A stretch of 49,774 bases of DNA from positions 42,062,762-42,112,535 of the forward strand of contig NC_068984.1 in the NCBI RefSeq assembly GCF_001194135.2, read 5' to 3'. The notes under the pieces are model-generated. The model saw only the letters and a list, made by a program, of their open reading frames with translations. It ran no database searches and was not told the origin of the DNA. Shown one piece after another: positions 10,127-22,710 of the stretch. This stretch comes from Octopus bimaculoides. Lineage: Eukaryota. How positions within the stretch are numbered: position 1 is the first letter of the stretch; every line of letters begins with the position of its first letter. The translations under genes and the position numbers were made by a program.

Positions 10127-12758
10127 CAAAAATAAGAGGAATGACCAGCAAATGTGGACTCCTATATGCTAGAAATAGATGCCGAATCATCTAACCATGA
10201 AAAAAATATGTTCTCAGTAAAAAATTAGCGACACAACAGACTGTAAAAGGGCAAGACAAATGAAAANNNNNNNNNNNNNNNNNNNNNNNNNNNNNNNNNN
10301 NNNNNNNNNNNNNNNNNNNNNNNNNCCGTAATGATTCTGCAGTTAATAAATTTTTGCAGCTAATTTACCTGTTTGAGAACATCATTATCTAAAATTTATT
10401 AATGAGGATAGAAATTGATATTAATCAATTAAAACCAGTGGTCTAGCATATTAAAAAATCCGAAGATTAAAATTATATTACATACAAAAATAAGAGGAAT
10501 GACCAGCAAATGTGGACTCCTATATGCTAGAAATAGATGCCGAATCATCTAACCACGAAAAAAATATGTTCTCAGTAAAAAATTAGCGACACAACAGACT
10601 GTAAAAGGGCAAGACAAATGAAAAGATACAAAATTAAAAAACGATTAACCTACGTACCATGGTTTCACCTGTTAAAATTTACATAAGTAAATTTACATAA
10701 GTAAATATATATAATCTATTATTACTGTTATTATACAATTTTCTGTTTAAGATTACTTTAGCAAGCTTCCGACTAATCTATTTTAAATCTCTTGACAATT
10801 ATGGGAGACAACTCTGTACTTCGGTCCGTAACTGTCCTCATTGTTCTTGCCAAAGTGGTGATGATGGAATAAAGTAAATGTCTAAGAATACACATTGTAA
10901 GTGTAGAAAACTTGAAATGTTTAAAGAATGTACAACACAGAGACTCTCCATCTGAAAAGAAATTCAGCCATTGTTACCATATTTAATACAACATTTAGTT
11001 TATTGGTGATTTCGTACAGATAGTGTGTGGATAAGTTATTTAAATGATTTGATGATATCAGTATGCAAGTGTCATTGTGACGGTGTCCTATTAAAGATAG
11101 TTATTATTGATACCTAACATAAAAAATATTGATGTCTAAATAAGTCTAACTTTGTGCCAGTCCTAAGAAAGTGATGTGGCTTGTCTGACATTAAAACAGT
11201 TACTCTAATGAATGAATGTTTACTAGCTTTATCAGTAGATAATGTTAAATTTGAATGGCATTGAATTATAATGGATTCATGCCTAACTGTTCAGGGTTAA
11301 ATTTGCTTCACAACTTCATGGTTTGAGGTATAATTTGATGGTGCAGAAATCAGATTGGGCCAAGTGTTTGCTGTCATAGTCTCTGGTCTTCCCCAAAAAT
11401 TATGAGTGAAATTTGATAGGTAGAAATTGAAGGAGTTCCGTAAAATTTAGCTGATAGACTTCATCTGTTATCTAGTTTAATACAACAGCTTGACCCTTGA
11501 ATGTTATTAGCAGAGTCCACTTGATTGGAAACATTTGAGCCAGGTAACATCTTTTTCTCTGCACTTAAGGAGACTTTGAAAAAAGAGTCATGGACTTCCT
11601 TTTCTGACCACTCCATTAAACAAAAAGAATTGTAATGAATGCTTTACAGTTGTTACCAACCTCCTCTCTTCTCTCCCATTCCCCTGTCTTTTGCTCTCCT
11701 ATATATTCTTGCAAATCAACACTCCTAGTTCTTCTCTCTCCATTCATTTCTACTCACCTTATACCTTGAGGTGGGAAGGGCACTTGGACACGTCATCACC
11801 ATTGTTTACCTGATTATTCTCCTGATTATTCTTACTTTCTCTTTTCTCTTTTAAATGAGTAACCAAACCATGTACCTCCCCTATGACGAGAAACTGCTCT
11901 ACCCCCATATTTCATGCTGTAACTCCTCATCTCCAAGCATAAAGCTGACTCCATCTTAAAGTTTATAGTCTTGTAAGCTGCATGATGATTTGACTAGTGC
12001 TAGTGACATGAAAAAAGCACACTGTAAAGTAGTTGGTGCTAGGAAAAGCATCCAGCCAAAGAATCTTGTCTTTGGACCCATTGATTCTGGTACCCAACCC
12101 ATGCTAATTGTAACAGTGATGTTACATGATGATGATGAATAAGAATTAATTAAGGTGCATAAATGATTGATTGAGAATATAAAATGTAAATTAAAATGGG
12201 CATATGCTCGATAATTTCAATATTAAAATTTAAAAAAAGAATACAACTAATGAAAAAAATACTTTGAGAAATTGGAACACATGAATATGACAATGGATTC
12301 AAATCTATATTTAATTGTAAAGTGTATCTTGGGAAAATCACTCATGAAATCCATACCTCTAAAATCTACATCCTTGTGAAGAGTTGAATATAATACAGTA
12401 ATTTAACAAAAGGCTTGTAATTATACAGATCTCTGTTGTGTATAATGATGTGTTGTACCATCCATGATGTCTATTTACAGTTAGGTGGACTTTTTGCTAT
12501 GGTGACAACATATTGCCAGATACATAATGTAAACCAAGGGTACTTCATTAAAAATCTTTTATCATGTCATAAGCTACAACTTTCAGTGAATCTATAAGCT
12601 TTACTAAGAGAGAATAATATAACAAGTGGAGTATGGACCATAAGATAATTTCTGTTATAGGAAAATATAGTCTTTTCCTTAAAACCCTTTCAAAAATGTA
12701 TTCAAATCTCTTAATGAAAAGATTCTTACTTAACAATCATAAATATTTTCTTTCACAG

Positions 12759-12851
12759 GATATTTTGAAAGATTGGTGTGATAACCTGAAATTAGACCTA
12801 ATTCTAACCACAGGAGGCACTGGTTTTTCCCCTCGTGATGTCACCCCAGAG
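12759..12851 (+). CDS. GPHN: Gephyrin G-domain internal exon (93 nt; equivalent to exon 4)
   Basis: tttcacag|GATATT...CCAGAG|gtaagt. Translates [31 protein letters not shown], containing the diagnostic TTGGTG..PRDVTPE molybdopterin-binding motif. Confidence 0.97.
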
Positions 12852-13164
12852 GTAAGTAAAGACTGCATTTACTCTTATTTAGTAGAAAATAAACCATTTC
12901 TAATTCAGAAATTACTATATTTGCAGAAATTCATCTCTATTATAGTGTATGTATTCTGGTTGCTTTCCTCATTTATCCTTACAGATGGTCTAAGTTGTAA
13001 TTCATAGCAAATATTTATTCGTATTTGACTAGAAATGATATAACCAAGTGGATAAAGATAAGTGAGCCATGGTTAATCGATCATCTGTTCAAATCCACTC
13101 TAGAGTTTTCATTGTATTTCAGGCTTAGATGAGCGATAAACACTGAAAATGTGCAGAGAACAAC

Positions 13165-13959
13165 TTCTGCCACATTCCAGGTAGAAAAACTAGAAGTAGT
13201 TGATAGCTTCTGTTACCTAGGTGACCAAGTCAGTAGTGGGGGAGGGTGCGCTGAAAGTGTAGCTGCTAGAATAAGAATAGCCTGGGCAAAGTTCAGAGAG
13301 CTCTCATCTCTGCTAGTGACAAAGGGCCTCTCGCTCAGAGTGAAAGGTAGACTGTATGACGCATGTGTACGAACAACCATGCTACATGGCAGTGAAACAT
13401 GGGCCGTGACTGCTGAGGACATGCGCAAGCTTGCAAGAAATGAAGCCAGTATGCTCCGATGGATGTGTAATGTCAGTGTGCATACTCGACAGAATGTAAG
13501 TACCTTGAGAGAAAAGTTGGACCTAAGAAGCATCAGTTGTGGTGTGCAAGAGAGACGATTGCACTGGTATGGTCATGTGGCGAGAACGGATGAGGATAGC
13601 TGTGTGACAAAGTGCCACAACCTAGCGGTTGAGGGTACCTGTGGAAGAGGTAGACCCAGGAAGACCTGGGATGTGGTAGTGAAGCACGAACTCCGAACAT
13701 TAGGCCTCACCGAGGCAATGACTTGTGACCAAGACCTTTGGAAATATGCTGTGCATGAGAAGACCCAGCAAGACAAGTGAGACCATAACCCGTGGCCTTT
13801 ACCAGGGGTGTAGACAGCCCACTTATGCGTACCTTTCCTTCTTTGGACACAAAACCCTGCTTGCGAAGACTTGATGAGGCAAGTGAAATTGAAATCGAAA
13901 TTGAACCAAATTCGATGACTGGTACCCATGCCAACCTTCCTTCATTGGACACTAAACTC
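13165..13959 (+). mobile_element. RTE-clade LINE, 3' fragment (RT C-terminus plus start of 3' UTR), running into an assembly gap
   Basis: Open frame EKLEVVDSFCYLG...LYDACVRTTMLHGSETW...RRLHWYGHVAR...GTCGRGRPRKTW, typical of RTE post-RT domains; stop at 13778-13780. Confidence 0.9.
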
Positions 13960-14476
13960 NNNNNNNNNNNNNNNNNNNNNNNNNNNNNNNNNNNNNNNNN
14001 NNNNNNNNNNNNNNNNNNNNNNNNNNNNNNNNNNNNNNNNNNNNNNNNNNNNNNNNNNNNNNNNNNNNNNNNNNNNNNNNNNNNNNNNNNNNNNNNNNNN
14101 NNNNNNNNNNNNNNNNNNNNNNNNNNNNNNNNNNNNNNNNNNNNNNNNNNNNNNNNNNNNNNNNNNNNNNNNNNNNNNNNNNNNNNNNNNNNNNNNNNNN
14201 NNNNNNNNNNNNNNNNNNNNNNNNNNNNNNNNNNNNNNNNNNNNNNNNNNNNNNNNNNNNNNNNNNNNNNNNNNNNNNNNNNNNNNNNNNNNNNNNNNNN
14301 NNNNNNNNNNNNNNNNNNNNNNNNNNNNNNNNNNNNNNNNNNNNNNNNNNNNNNNNNNNNNNNNNNNNNNNNNNNNNNNNNNNNNNNNNNNNNNNNNNNN
14401 NNNNNNNNNNNNNNNNNNNNNNNNNNNNNNNNNNNNNNNNNNNNNNNNNNNNNNNNNNNNNNNNNNNNNNNNNNNN

Positions 14477-14477
<1 letters not shown>
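13960..14477. other. Assembly gap (other gaps at about 2409-2426, 3546-3557, 10267-10325, 27180-27761, 29144-29285, 40308-40429)
   Basis: Runs of N, mostly flanked by (AT)n. Confidence 0.99.
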
Positions 14478-14515
<38 letters not shown>

Positions 14516-14912
14516 GTATATATATATATGCATATGTGTGTGTATATGTGTGTATATATGTATATGTGTGTATATGTGTGTATATATGTATATGTGTATA
14601 TATATATATATGTGTGTATGTATATATTTACTTATATATATGTGTGTAAGTCTATCTATATATATCTCAACTATGTTTAATGAATTGGTTGAAGGTGATT
14701 ATGAAAATATAATGTAAAATAAATTCATGGTGAATATTTGTCTCTCTACCCCATGCCACAACAATCAGTGTGAAGTATGGGTTTTTGAGCTTCATTAAAG
14801 GCTTAACAAGCATTTATTGTATCTCATTTGTTTGGGTATTGTTGTTGATATAACAGTGAACTATATTTGATTCACTAATCTCTATTTTTTTTTTTTTTTC
14901 ATTCTTTGCCAG

Positions 14913-15007
14913 GCTACCAAGATGGTCATTGAGAAGGAAGCACCAGGACTATCTGTTGCAATGATTCAAAAATCCCTTGAAATCACTCCTATGGCTGTGC
15001 TATCTCG
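14913..15007 (+). CDS. GPHN: Gephyrin G-domain internal exon (95 nt; equivalent to exon 5)
   Basis: ctttgccag|GCTACC...CTATCTCG|gtatga. Translates ATKMVIEKEAPGLSVAMIQKSLEITPMAVLS(R). Confidence 0.95.
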
Positions 15008-15569
15008 GTATGAAGGCATTTTTCTTTATATTGCTTTAACTAAGTTAGGACTTGATGCAAGAGAGATATGACTACCATTTGGATTGCTGCCTTGACCATC
15101 ATTGTCATTAATTTCGTTAGTATCATTCTTGTGTTCATAATTCTTATAATTACTACCATATTCTACAGTTTCTTACCATCATCAACATTACCATTTCTTA
15201 TTTGTTACCATGAATGTCCTTTTTAACCTGTTAGTTACCAGCACCATTATTGTCATCATATGATCATTACCATCACCATCATCACATGGTTATTATCATT
15301 ATCAACACATGGTTGTTATTATCGACATCATTATCATCTCATGATTGATATTATCAACATCATTGTCATCTCATGATTGTTAGTCAACATCATTGTCATT
15401 TCATGATTGTTAGTCAATATTATTGTCATCTCATGATTGTTATGATCAACATAGTTGTCACCTCATAATTGTTATTGTAAGCACCATTGTTATTCAAGCT
15501 CTCCCTATTAACTCATTAATTTTTTTTACATTAAAACATAAAATATTGCAATTTGTATGTTTGCTTTCC

Positions 15570-16140
15570 CTGTGCGTGAGAAGACCCAGCAAACCAGGTG
15601 AGACCAAAATCCAAGGCCTCTGCCAGGGATGTAGCCAGCCCACTTATGTGTACCTTTCCTTCATTGGACACTAAATTCCGCTTGTGAAGACCTGTTGAGG
15701 CAAGAGAAATCGAAATCGAACTAAATTCGACGACTGGCACCCATGCCAACGTCTCCTTCATTGGACACTAAACTCGGCTTGCGAAGACCTGTTGGGGCAA
15801 GCAAAAGCGAAATCGTGATGGCACCTGTACCAGTGGAGCACTAAGAGCACCGTTCGAGTGTGATCGTTGCCAGTGCCACTGGACTAGTTCCTGTGCAGGT
15901 GACACGTAAAATACACCATTTTGAGTGTGGCCGTTGCCAGTATTGCCTGACTGGCCTTCGTGCCTGTGGCATCTAAAAACACCCACTACACTGTCGGAGT
16001 GGTTGGCGTTAGGAAGGACATCCAGCTGTAGAAACTCTGCCAAATCAGATGTAGCCATTTGGTTCATCAGTCCTCAGTCAAATCGTCCAACCCATGCTAG
16101 CATAGAAAGCGGATGTTAAACGATGATGATGATGATGATG
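15570..16140 (+). mobile_element. RTE LINE 3' UTR with (GAT)n tail
   Basis: Shares sequence with 13755-13959 (gagaagacccagc...ccacttatg.gtacctttccttc.ttggacac), carries an internal ~100-bp duplication, and ends ...ccaacccatgctagcatagaaagcggatgttaaacgatgatgatgatg. Confidence 0.85.
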
Positions 16141-16584
16141 ATATATATATATAAATATGATAAACTTCTTTCATTTTCCTTCTACTAAATCCACTCACAA
16201 GGCTTATGGTTATCTGATGGTTCTGGCAGCCATAGCAGACAATTCTCGTCTGTCAATGATATAATTACAAGTTCTTTTATGCACCACAATTCCACATGAA
16301 AGGTTCTCTCAAGGTAAATAACACAGTAACCTGTGTCCTGACAGAACCTCTGCATTAAGTTAGAAATCAAGATTACTGTATAGAAGATAATTGTCCAAGG
16401 TGCCATGCAGTGGGATGAATCCGAAACCAATTGGTTGGGAAGCAAACTTGCTAACTATACAGCCATACCTACATCTAGCAATTTTTGTGTCTAGATATAT
16501 CCAGAAGTGGTGCTCTGGTGGCATGATACAATTTTCATGCATCAAGCTTGTAACCTGGTTTCAATTTTTATTTCTAGCTTCTTC

Positions 16585-16900
16585 CTTGTACTTCGTTGGT
16601 TACGACGATGAGTGTTCCAGTTCATCCAATTGATGGAACAGCTTGCTCGTGAAATTAGCATGCAAGTGGCTGAGCATTTCACAGACACATATACCCTTAA
16701 TGTAATTCTCGGAGAATCAGCATGACACAGAGTATGACAAGGCTGGCCCTTTAAAATACAGGTGCTACTCATTTTTGCCAACTGAGTAGACTGGAGCTAT
16801 GTGAAATAAAGTGTCATGCTCAAAGACACCACACATCACCAGGAGTTGAACCCACAACCATATGATCATGTGCTGAATACCCTCAGCACTAAGCTATGTA
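16585..16900 (-). mobile_element. tRNA-derived SINE (same family as 19455-19840)
   Basis: Minus strand has a head with GGTTCAACTCC B-box, then the shared core ...gctcagccacttgca..taatttcacgagca.gctgttcc...actggaac.ctc.tcgtc. Confidence 0.75.
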
Positions 16901-17067
16901 CCTTCTGAGCTTCTTCCATTACATCATTGTTGGGAAGTGTATGAATGTTGCAACTTATTTTCTTTTCTTAAAATCCTCAAACTTCCTGTCTGTTAGAAAA
17001 TTTTATCATACATGAGTATATCTAATTAGCTTGGTTAATGTTCTTGATATATCTGTTACCTCCATAG

Positions 17068-17134
17068 ATTAGTGTGTGGTATCCGTGGTCAGACCCTAAT
17101 AATAAACTTGCCAGGCAGTGCTAAAGCATCTAAG
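17068..17134 (+). CDS. GPHN: Gephyrin G-domain internal exon (67 nt; equivalent to exon 6)
   Basis: cctccatag|ATTAGTG...TCTAAG|gtaaga. Translates (R)LVCGIRGQTLIINLPGSAKASK, containing the conserved CGIRG.TLIINLPGS motif. Confidence 0.95.
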
Positions 17135-19454
17135 GTAAGATATATGCTTTATTTCAGATTTGGTATGCACATGCACACGCATTTAAACACATGCACTTAA
17201 ACATTTGTAAATAAATATGTGTTTTAAGTGAATAAAAAAATCTTAATTTTTAGAAAATACACTGATGTCAAGCACAAAGCAAACATAGACCTTTTTAACA
17301 TAGACCTTTTTAACCTAGACCTTTTAAACATTCTTTGTTGTTCAGCCCTGGGCCACTTCTGATTTAGCAGACCTCTGATCAAAGGCGTTCCATCATGTCA
17401 TTTTGGGAATATGTCTAGGCTTACAATGTCTAATATGACTTTTATTCAAAATAGTTAGCTGTGATTTGGATGCCTTTTCAAGTAGGTTGATTTATAGAGC
17501 TAATCTCAGCTCATTTTAACTTCTTATGCTTCTACTAGTTCAGTAGTACTAGTAGACATCATCATAAGCTTATGACTGGTATTATCATAAGCATCTTGAC
17601 CACAACCAGTGATATTCTTACAACCAACTATATACCATTAAAATGTCATGATGATAAATTTATGAATAGTTATTAAACAATCTCTCCCAGCAATCAACCA
17701 GTTAATGTATCGCTTTGTCCCATACATTTAATTGTATGATCTAAGCTGCTCTTGAAAAAACTGAAGCCCTTGTACAGACCTGATCATTTTCCATCATTCC
17801 TGAACATGAATTCAGAGCATAGGGATCTAACTAAATACTGCAAAACATTTATCCCAGTGTTTTACTGATTTTTACCTCTCCATCTCTTTACTCTGTGCCA
17901 AAATAATGATGATGTTTGCTTTAATAAAAGGTAGGCACAGATATGGGCTTTGTGATTAAAAAGTTCACTTCCCAACCATGTGGTAACTTTCTATATATAT
18001 ATATCATTTATTTTCTTAGATAAACGCACGAATATAACTTCGAGTTTCTCTCAAGAAAATATAGCTCTCACCACTGAGTGTACCTTTAAGCAGTTGCTCA
18101 ACATGCTAGAAATAGTAGCTAGTTCTCCTTTTGTCATACATTATGGAGTTGATATGGGAATACATATTGTAACATAAATAGAAATACCTACGCATGAAAA
18201 TTGGCTAGGTGGTCATAAGTTTCTTCTGTTGGGAGTGACCTGCGGCGAAACCACCAGTCTCATCACATATTATTTGCAGAGTTATGTTATCTTAGATTGA
18301 TCGGTGCAAGCGAGATAATTCACAAAAACCATAGAGGTATTTATTGCGAGTTGTGTCCCTTGCCTGTGATGTTGCTCCATGTATCAACGATATTCCTGAG
18401 GGAGTCTTATCTCTGCGAGTGTGAGAGGAGTCAATGTTTGATGTTATTGTGATCTTAATATGACAGCAATGTTAACATTTTATATGTTCAAACGTGCCTG
18501 TTTTGTATCCTAGTTTTAGTTTTTCCAGTTCTTGGATCAATTTTCTTTGCTTTACAAACAGTATAAGTTTGACCATTTTGCACTTGTCTTCTTTATAAGG
18601 CCATAATTATTAAATAATATACTTTTCATTATGCATCTCTCTAATCGCCACCTTTGTGAGTACAAAATTATAATTATAATTGCTACATGTTTGTATCATA
18701 AGTCAATTATTTAATTTTTTTGGTTTAGTTCAGGTGAGACGATTAAGACATCCCCTCCATGACCATCCACTCCTTTTTTTTTTCCTACATGACGAATCTG
18801 AGGCTATGTTGTCCAATGTGCCATTGTTGCTATTCAATCCCAGTTCATCCCTGATTCAGCAAACCTACTATCACCAAAGACACTCCAGCTTCTTATTCAA
18901 TATGTCTTCCCATTTTGAAAATCATAGAATGTGCTTTGATGGAAATTGGCTGTTATTCCAGTCACACTTGGGCAGTAAACTTAATCTGTCGCCCATTTTA
19001 ACAAAATTGCTTTCTCTTGTTTAGCTTTAAAAACAAACTAAGGCCCCTGTGTAATGATATCTTGGTGTACTACTTTCTACTTCTGCTATACAAGTCATGG
19101 TTTGTTTCTTTTTTTCTTTCCATCAATTGTAGAGGTTGGACATTCAAAGTCCAAAGCTGCTGGTCTTCTTGTTCAGACAAAGCTGTGTTTAACGCAATTG
19201 CTCACACATATATATATATTATATATACATGTACATGTGCACATTTACATGCAGTTATTTCTTCTTTTCTTTGAATGTACCGAGTTTCTTTCCAATAGGT
19301 AACTTATCAAATATACTGATGAAGGGTTACTTATTTCTCTCACTGTGTTAGGGATCTACGCAATAACCGTAGTTTTGTGATCATGACTGTACAATTTAGT
19401 TCCAAGTACAGTCATGAGCATATCTTTCTCTCACACCTACTTTGTCTCCTTTGT

Positions 19455-19840
19455 GGAGGCACAATGGCCCAGTGGTTAGGGCAGTGGACTCGTGGTCGTA
19501 GGATCGCGGTTTTGATTCCCAGACCGGGCGTTGTGAGTGTTTATTGAGCGAAAACACCTAAAGCTCCACGAGGCTCTGGCAGGGGGTGATGGTGGACCCT
19601 GCTGTACTCTTTCATCACAACTTTATCTCACTCTTACTTCCTGTTTCTGTTGTGCCTGTAATTCAAAGGGCCAGCTTTGTCACACTCTGTGTCAGGCTGA
19701 ATCTCCTCCGAGAACTACGTTAAGGGTACACGTGCCTGTGGAGTGCTCAGCCACTTGCACATTAATTTCATGAGCAGGCTGTTCCGTTGATCGGATCAAC
19801 TGGAACCCTCGTCGTCATAAGCGACGGCGTGCCAACCAAC
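19455..19840 (+). mobile_element. Full-length tRNA-derived SINE with target-site duplication
   Basis: A-box TGGCCCAGTGG, B-box-like GGTTTTGATTCC and the conserved core. Flanked by the direct repeat actttgtctcc at 19439-19449 and 19839-19849. Confidence 0.88.
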
Positions 19841-20224
19841 TTTGTCTCCCTTAGAGAGAGAGAGAGAGAAATTTTAGTTTAAATGTTTTGCAGATACAGC
19901 TTAGCTCAGATATTAACCAGTTCTGTCTTGATCTTTTTGCATTTACAGGAAGACCTAAAAGGAATTAATAGATATTATTACTAAAACCGTGGCCCAATTA
20001 TTGGATGTGAAAAAAAATCTAATAATGATCAATAATTATAACATTATTGCTTGTATAATTTTGCTTTTCAAATGCTTTACATAAGCAATATGTAATAGTG
20101 TTTTGTTTAAAAAAATTCTTGTCTCATCACATTAAGTATGCTAGCACTCGCTCTGGAATTTGTTTTACACATTGCAGGTATCTTTAGGATTCATCCCCAC
20201 TACTGCAGCATTTTTTAGTTTGCC

Positions 20225-20430
20225 AGTACTGCCAGACTGGCCCTCGTGCCGGTGGCATGTAAAAAGCACCCACTACACTCTCAGAGTGGTTGGTGTTAGC
20301 AAGGCCATCCAGTTGTAGAAACTCTGCCAGATCAGATTGGAGTCTGGTGTAGCCATCTAGTTCGCCTGTCCCCAGTCAAATCGTCCAACCCATGCTAGCA
20401 TGGAAAGCGGACGTTAAATGATGATGATGA
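20225..20430 (+). mobile_element. RTE 3'-tail fragment with (GAT)n end
   Basis: gactggccctcgtgccggtggc...gcacccactacactctc.gagtggttgg...ccaacccatgctagcatggaaagcggacgttaaatgatgatgatg. Confidence 0.8.
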
Positions 20431-21584
20431 ACCCACTCCGTGTTCACTCACTATAATCCTATATTTTTTCTGTTAATCTATATTCCATATTGTCTTTCTA
20501 ATTTCTGATAGTAACTGTTAAACTAAGTAATAAGGTTTAATTAGACCAGAACATGTCTAGAGTTGTCACTTTGCTACTGAAGATGAAATTCACTTCTCAC
20601 AGCATTCTATTATTAATAATTTTAAATTTACTTAAATTCCAAGATTGTCTTCATGAGAATGTATTTTAATAATGAATTACAGTGTGTAATTTAAATTTAA
20701 TGGAATGTCTTGGTTTACACATACAAGCATAGTTGTGTGGTTAAGAAGTTAACTTGTCAACCATATGGCTTTGTGTTCAATCCTACCACACAGCAACTTG
20801 GGCAAGGATCTTCTACTATAGCCCTGGGTTAACCAATACTTTGCAAAGGAATTTGGTGGATGGACACTGAAAGAAGTCTATTGTATATATATGCAAACGT
20901 GCGCATATGTGTTTGTGTGAATATTTTAAAAGTACACTGAGCTACATTTATGGATGGTGACCTCACTATTTCTAACTAGACTGCAGCTATATTTTTTGAC
21001 TTTTCCTCTCAACAATGGGTAGTTTCCCCTCAAAAAGGGTAGTTCTACCCTTTTGTGTTTCCCAGGATTAAAATAGGCAAGAATAGGTGATAGGAAGAAC
21101 ATCGGGCTTTTCATGTTGCAAGCATTCCTGAATAATTTACCTAGTAATTTCCATACAAGTATGTGCATATATGCGTATTTACAAATATATCTTTGTATTT
21201 ATAAATTTATCTTTGTACATATGTCTGCATATTTGTGTCTGTCTGCATGTATATATTTATATTTGTTCTGCATGTGTGTGTATATCATGCTTGCACATAT
21301 GAGTATACACTAATATTAACACACGCTCAAACCACATGAACTCCAGTATTAATTTCAGTCTGGTATTTATTTTATTGATGTTTATTGCTTTATTGGCTGT
21401 CTTCCCAACCACAGTTTTGAGTTTAGTCCTACTGCATGGCTCTTTGGTCAAGCGTCTTCTACTATAACATTGATTTGACCAAACTCTTGTGAGTTGATAT
21501 AATGTGTATGTCTCTTCTAGTTTTTAATTATCTAAAAAATCCTTTTGGTTTAGTTGTACGGAACGTTTTTCTGGTATTTTTTAT

Positions 21585-21840
21585 TCTTTTACTTGTTTCA
21601 GTCATTTGACAGTGGCCATGCTGGGGCACAACCCGTTAGTCGAAGAAATTGACCCCTGGACTTACTCCCTATAAGCTTGGTGTGTAATTTAGCTATTCAG
21701 CAGAAGAGACTGCTAAGTTTCTTCTGCTGAACAGCTAAATTACTTAAACGCACCAACATCAGTTGTCAAGCAATGGTGGTGGTGAGACAAACACAGACAC
21801 ACACATACATACCTATGACGGGCTTGGAGATAGTGGTGAT
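21585..21840 (-). mobile_element. 3' body of the SINE family represented by 41561-41970
   Basis: Reverse complement of the 41760-41970 segment (cagcatggcc.c.gtcaaatgactgaaacaagtaaaaga). Confidence 0.75.
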
Positions 21841-21989
21841 GCTGGCTGGTGCGATTTTGTGGTTTGCTGGTATGCTGTGAGAGATCCAGCAGACCCCTAA
21901 CTGGTTCCCTGATCTTAAAGGTGTAATGTGGATGTGTAATGATGGAGTGGCTGGTGTGGTGGTGATGCTAGCTGCTGCGGTGATCTTTC

Positions 21990-22710
21990 TCACAGTATTT
22001 CCTGGTAGACAATATTTTGTGTGTATGTCACACCACGTTTTTGGCCTTGTCTGTTATCCCAATTGAGTGTCATAACTCTTACTTTGATATTGTTCATAGC
22101 TCCTGCTCTTGAAAATGCGACATATAAGTGGCCATGATAAAATATCGGTTGAGGCAAATGTATTCAAACTTTTTCAAATGTTTGTCATTGAGCCTTATTA
22201 ATTGTCATTGAATATGCAAGTCGAAGTGGAAACTGAAGTCTGTTTAGTGTGAATAGAATATTTGCATCACTTAGGCTAAGTTTAATTCTGGGAATTAGAA
22301 CTGTACATCCTCTGTTGGAGCCTGTTACCAATGATGCCTCTACACAATATTCATGAAGTCTTTGCACTTTCATATGAGTTCCATTACATAATCCTTGACT
22401 GATCAAAAGATTTCTTAGCAGCATTACAATAGCCCCTACCTTTAAGTTGAGGCAATGAGGAGGCATATCGGATGGAGTGAGTGAGTTTATGAATTCAAAT
22501 GGATAGTTCTGAACCTCCTCTTCATTATTGTTGGACACTGAATCTGTGCTTAAGTATGTTTTAAGTGCCTCTGGTATAATATTAAGAACTGTTTTATTTA
22601 TTGCAAGACAGTCAGAATTTTTAAGAGATAAAATTACTTGTTTTGCCATTTCTTCTGGCATGCAGTTGTTGAAAATTTCTGGGTACAAATGTACAAATTG
22701 AAATGCAAAA
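21990..22710 (-). pseudogene. Helitron PIF1-like helicase C-terminal fragment, disrupted
   Basis: Motifs SLTPSDMPPHCLNLKVGAIVMLLRNL, GLCNGT and QFPLRLAYSMTINKAQ, then an in-frame stop, then HGHLYVAFSR and YTQNIVYQEIL*. Confidence 0.9.

Noticed and set aside
10124-10624. 143-bp near-identical direct repeat (10124-10266 and 10482-10624) on either side of an N gap
   Set aside because: The first copy ends exactly at the gap, which is the typical signature of overlapping contig ends or haplotype duplication; probably an assembly artefact.
12633-13007. 124-aa ORF containing the TTGGTG motif, as a standalone gene
   Set aside because: Only 12759-12851 is homologous to gephyrin and is bounded by splice sites; the rest is intron read-through.
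13792-14717. Long ORFs here and at 27095-27918, 29068-29365 and 40200-40504
   Set aside because: Artefacts of N runs and (AT)n/(GT)n microsatellites.
15325-15495. ~30-bp repeats with apparent regular spacing (CRISPR-like appearance)
   Set aside because: Contiguous degenerate (CAT)-derived minisatellite without unique spacers, in a eukaryotic intron.
19318-19350. Other CTGANGA occurrences (e.g. 19318, 20577, 33903, 36612)
   Set aside because: No stem II followed by GAAA, so not hammerheads.
19949-19984. Strong acceptor (tttttgcatttacag) that would add EDLKGINRYYY* after the 67-nt exon
   Set aside because: No similarity to the expected gephyrin continuation, no nearby poly(A) signal, and no transcript evidence available.
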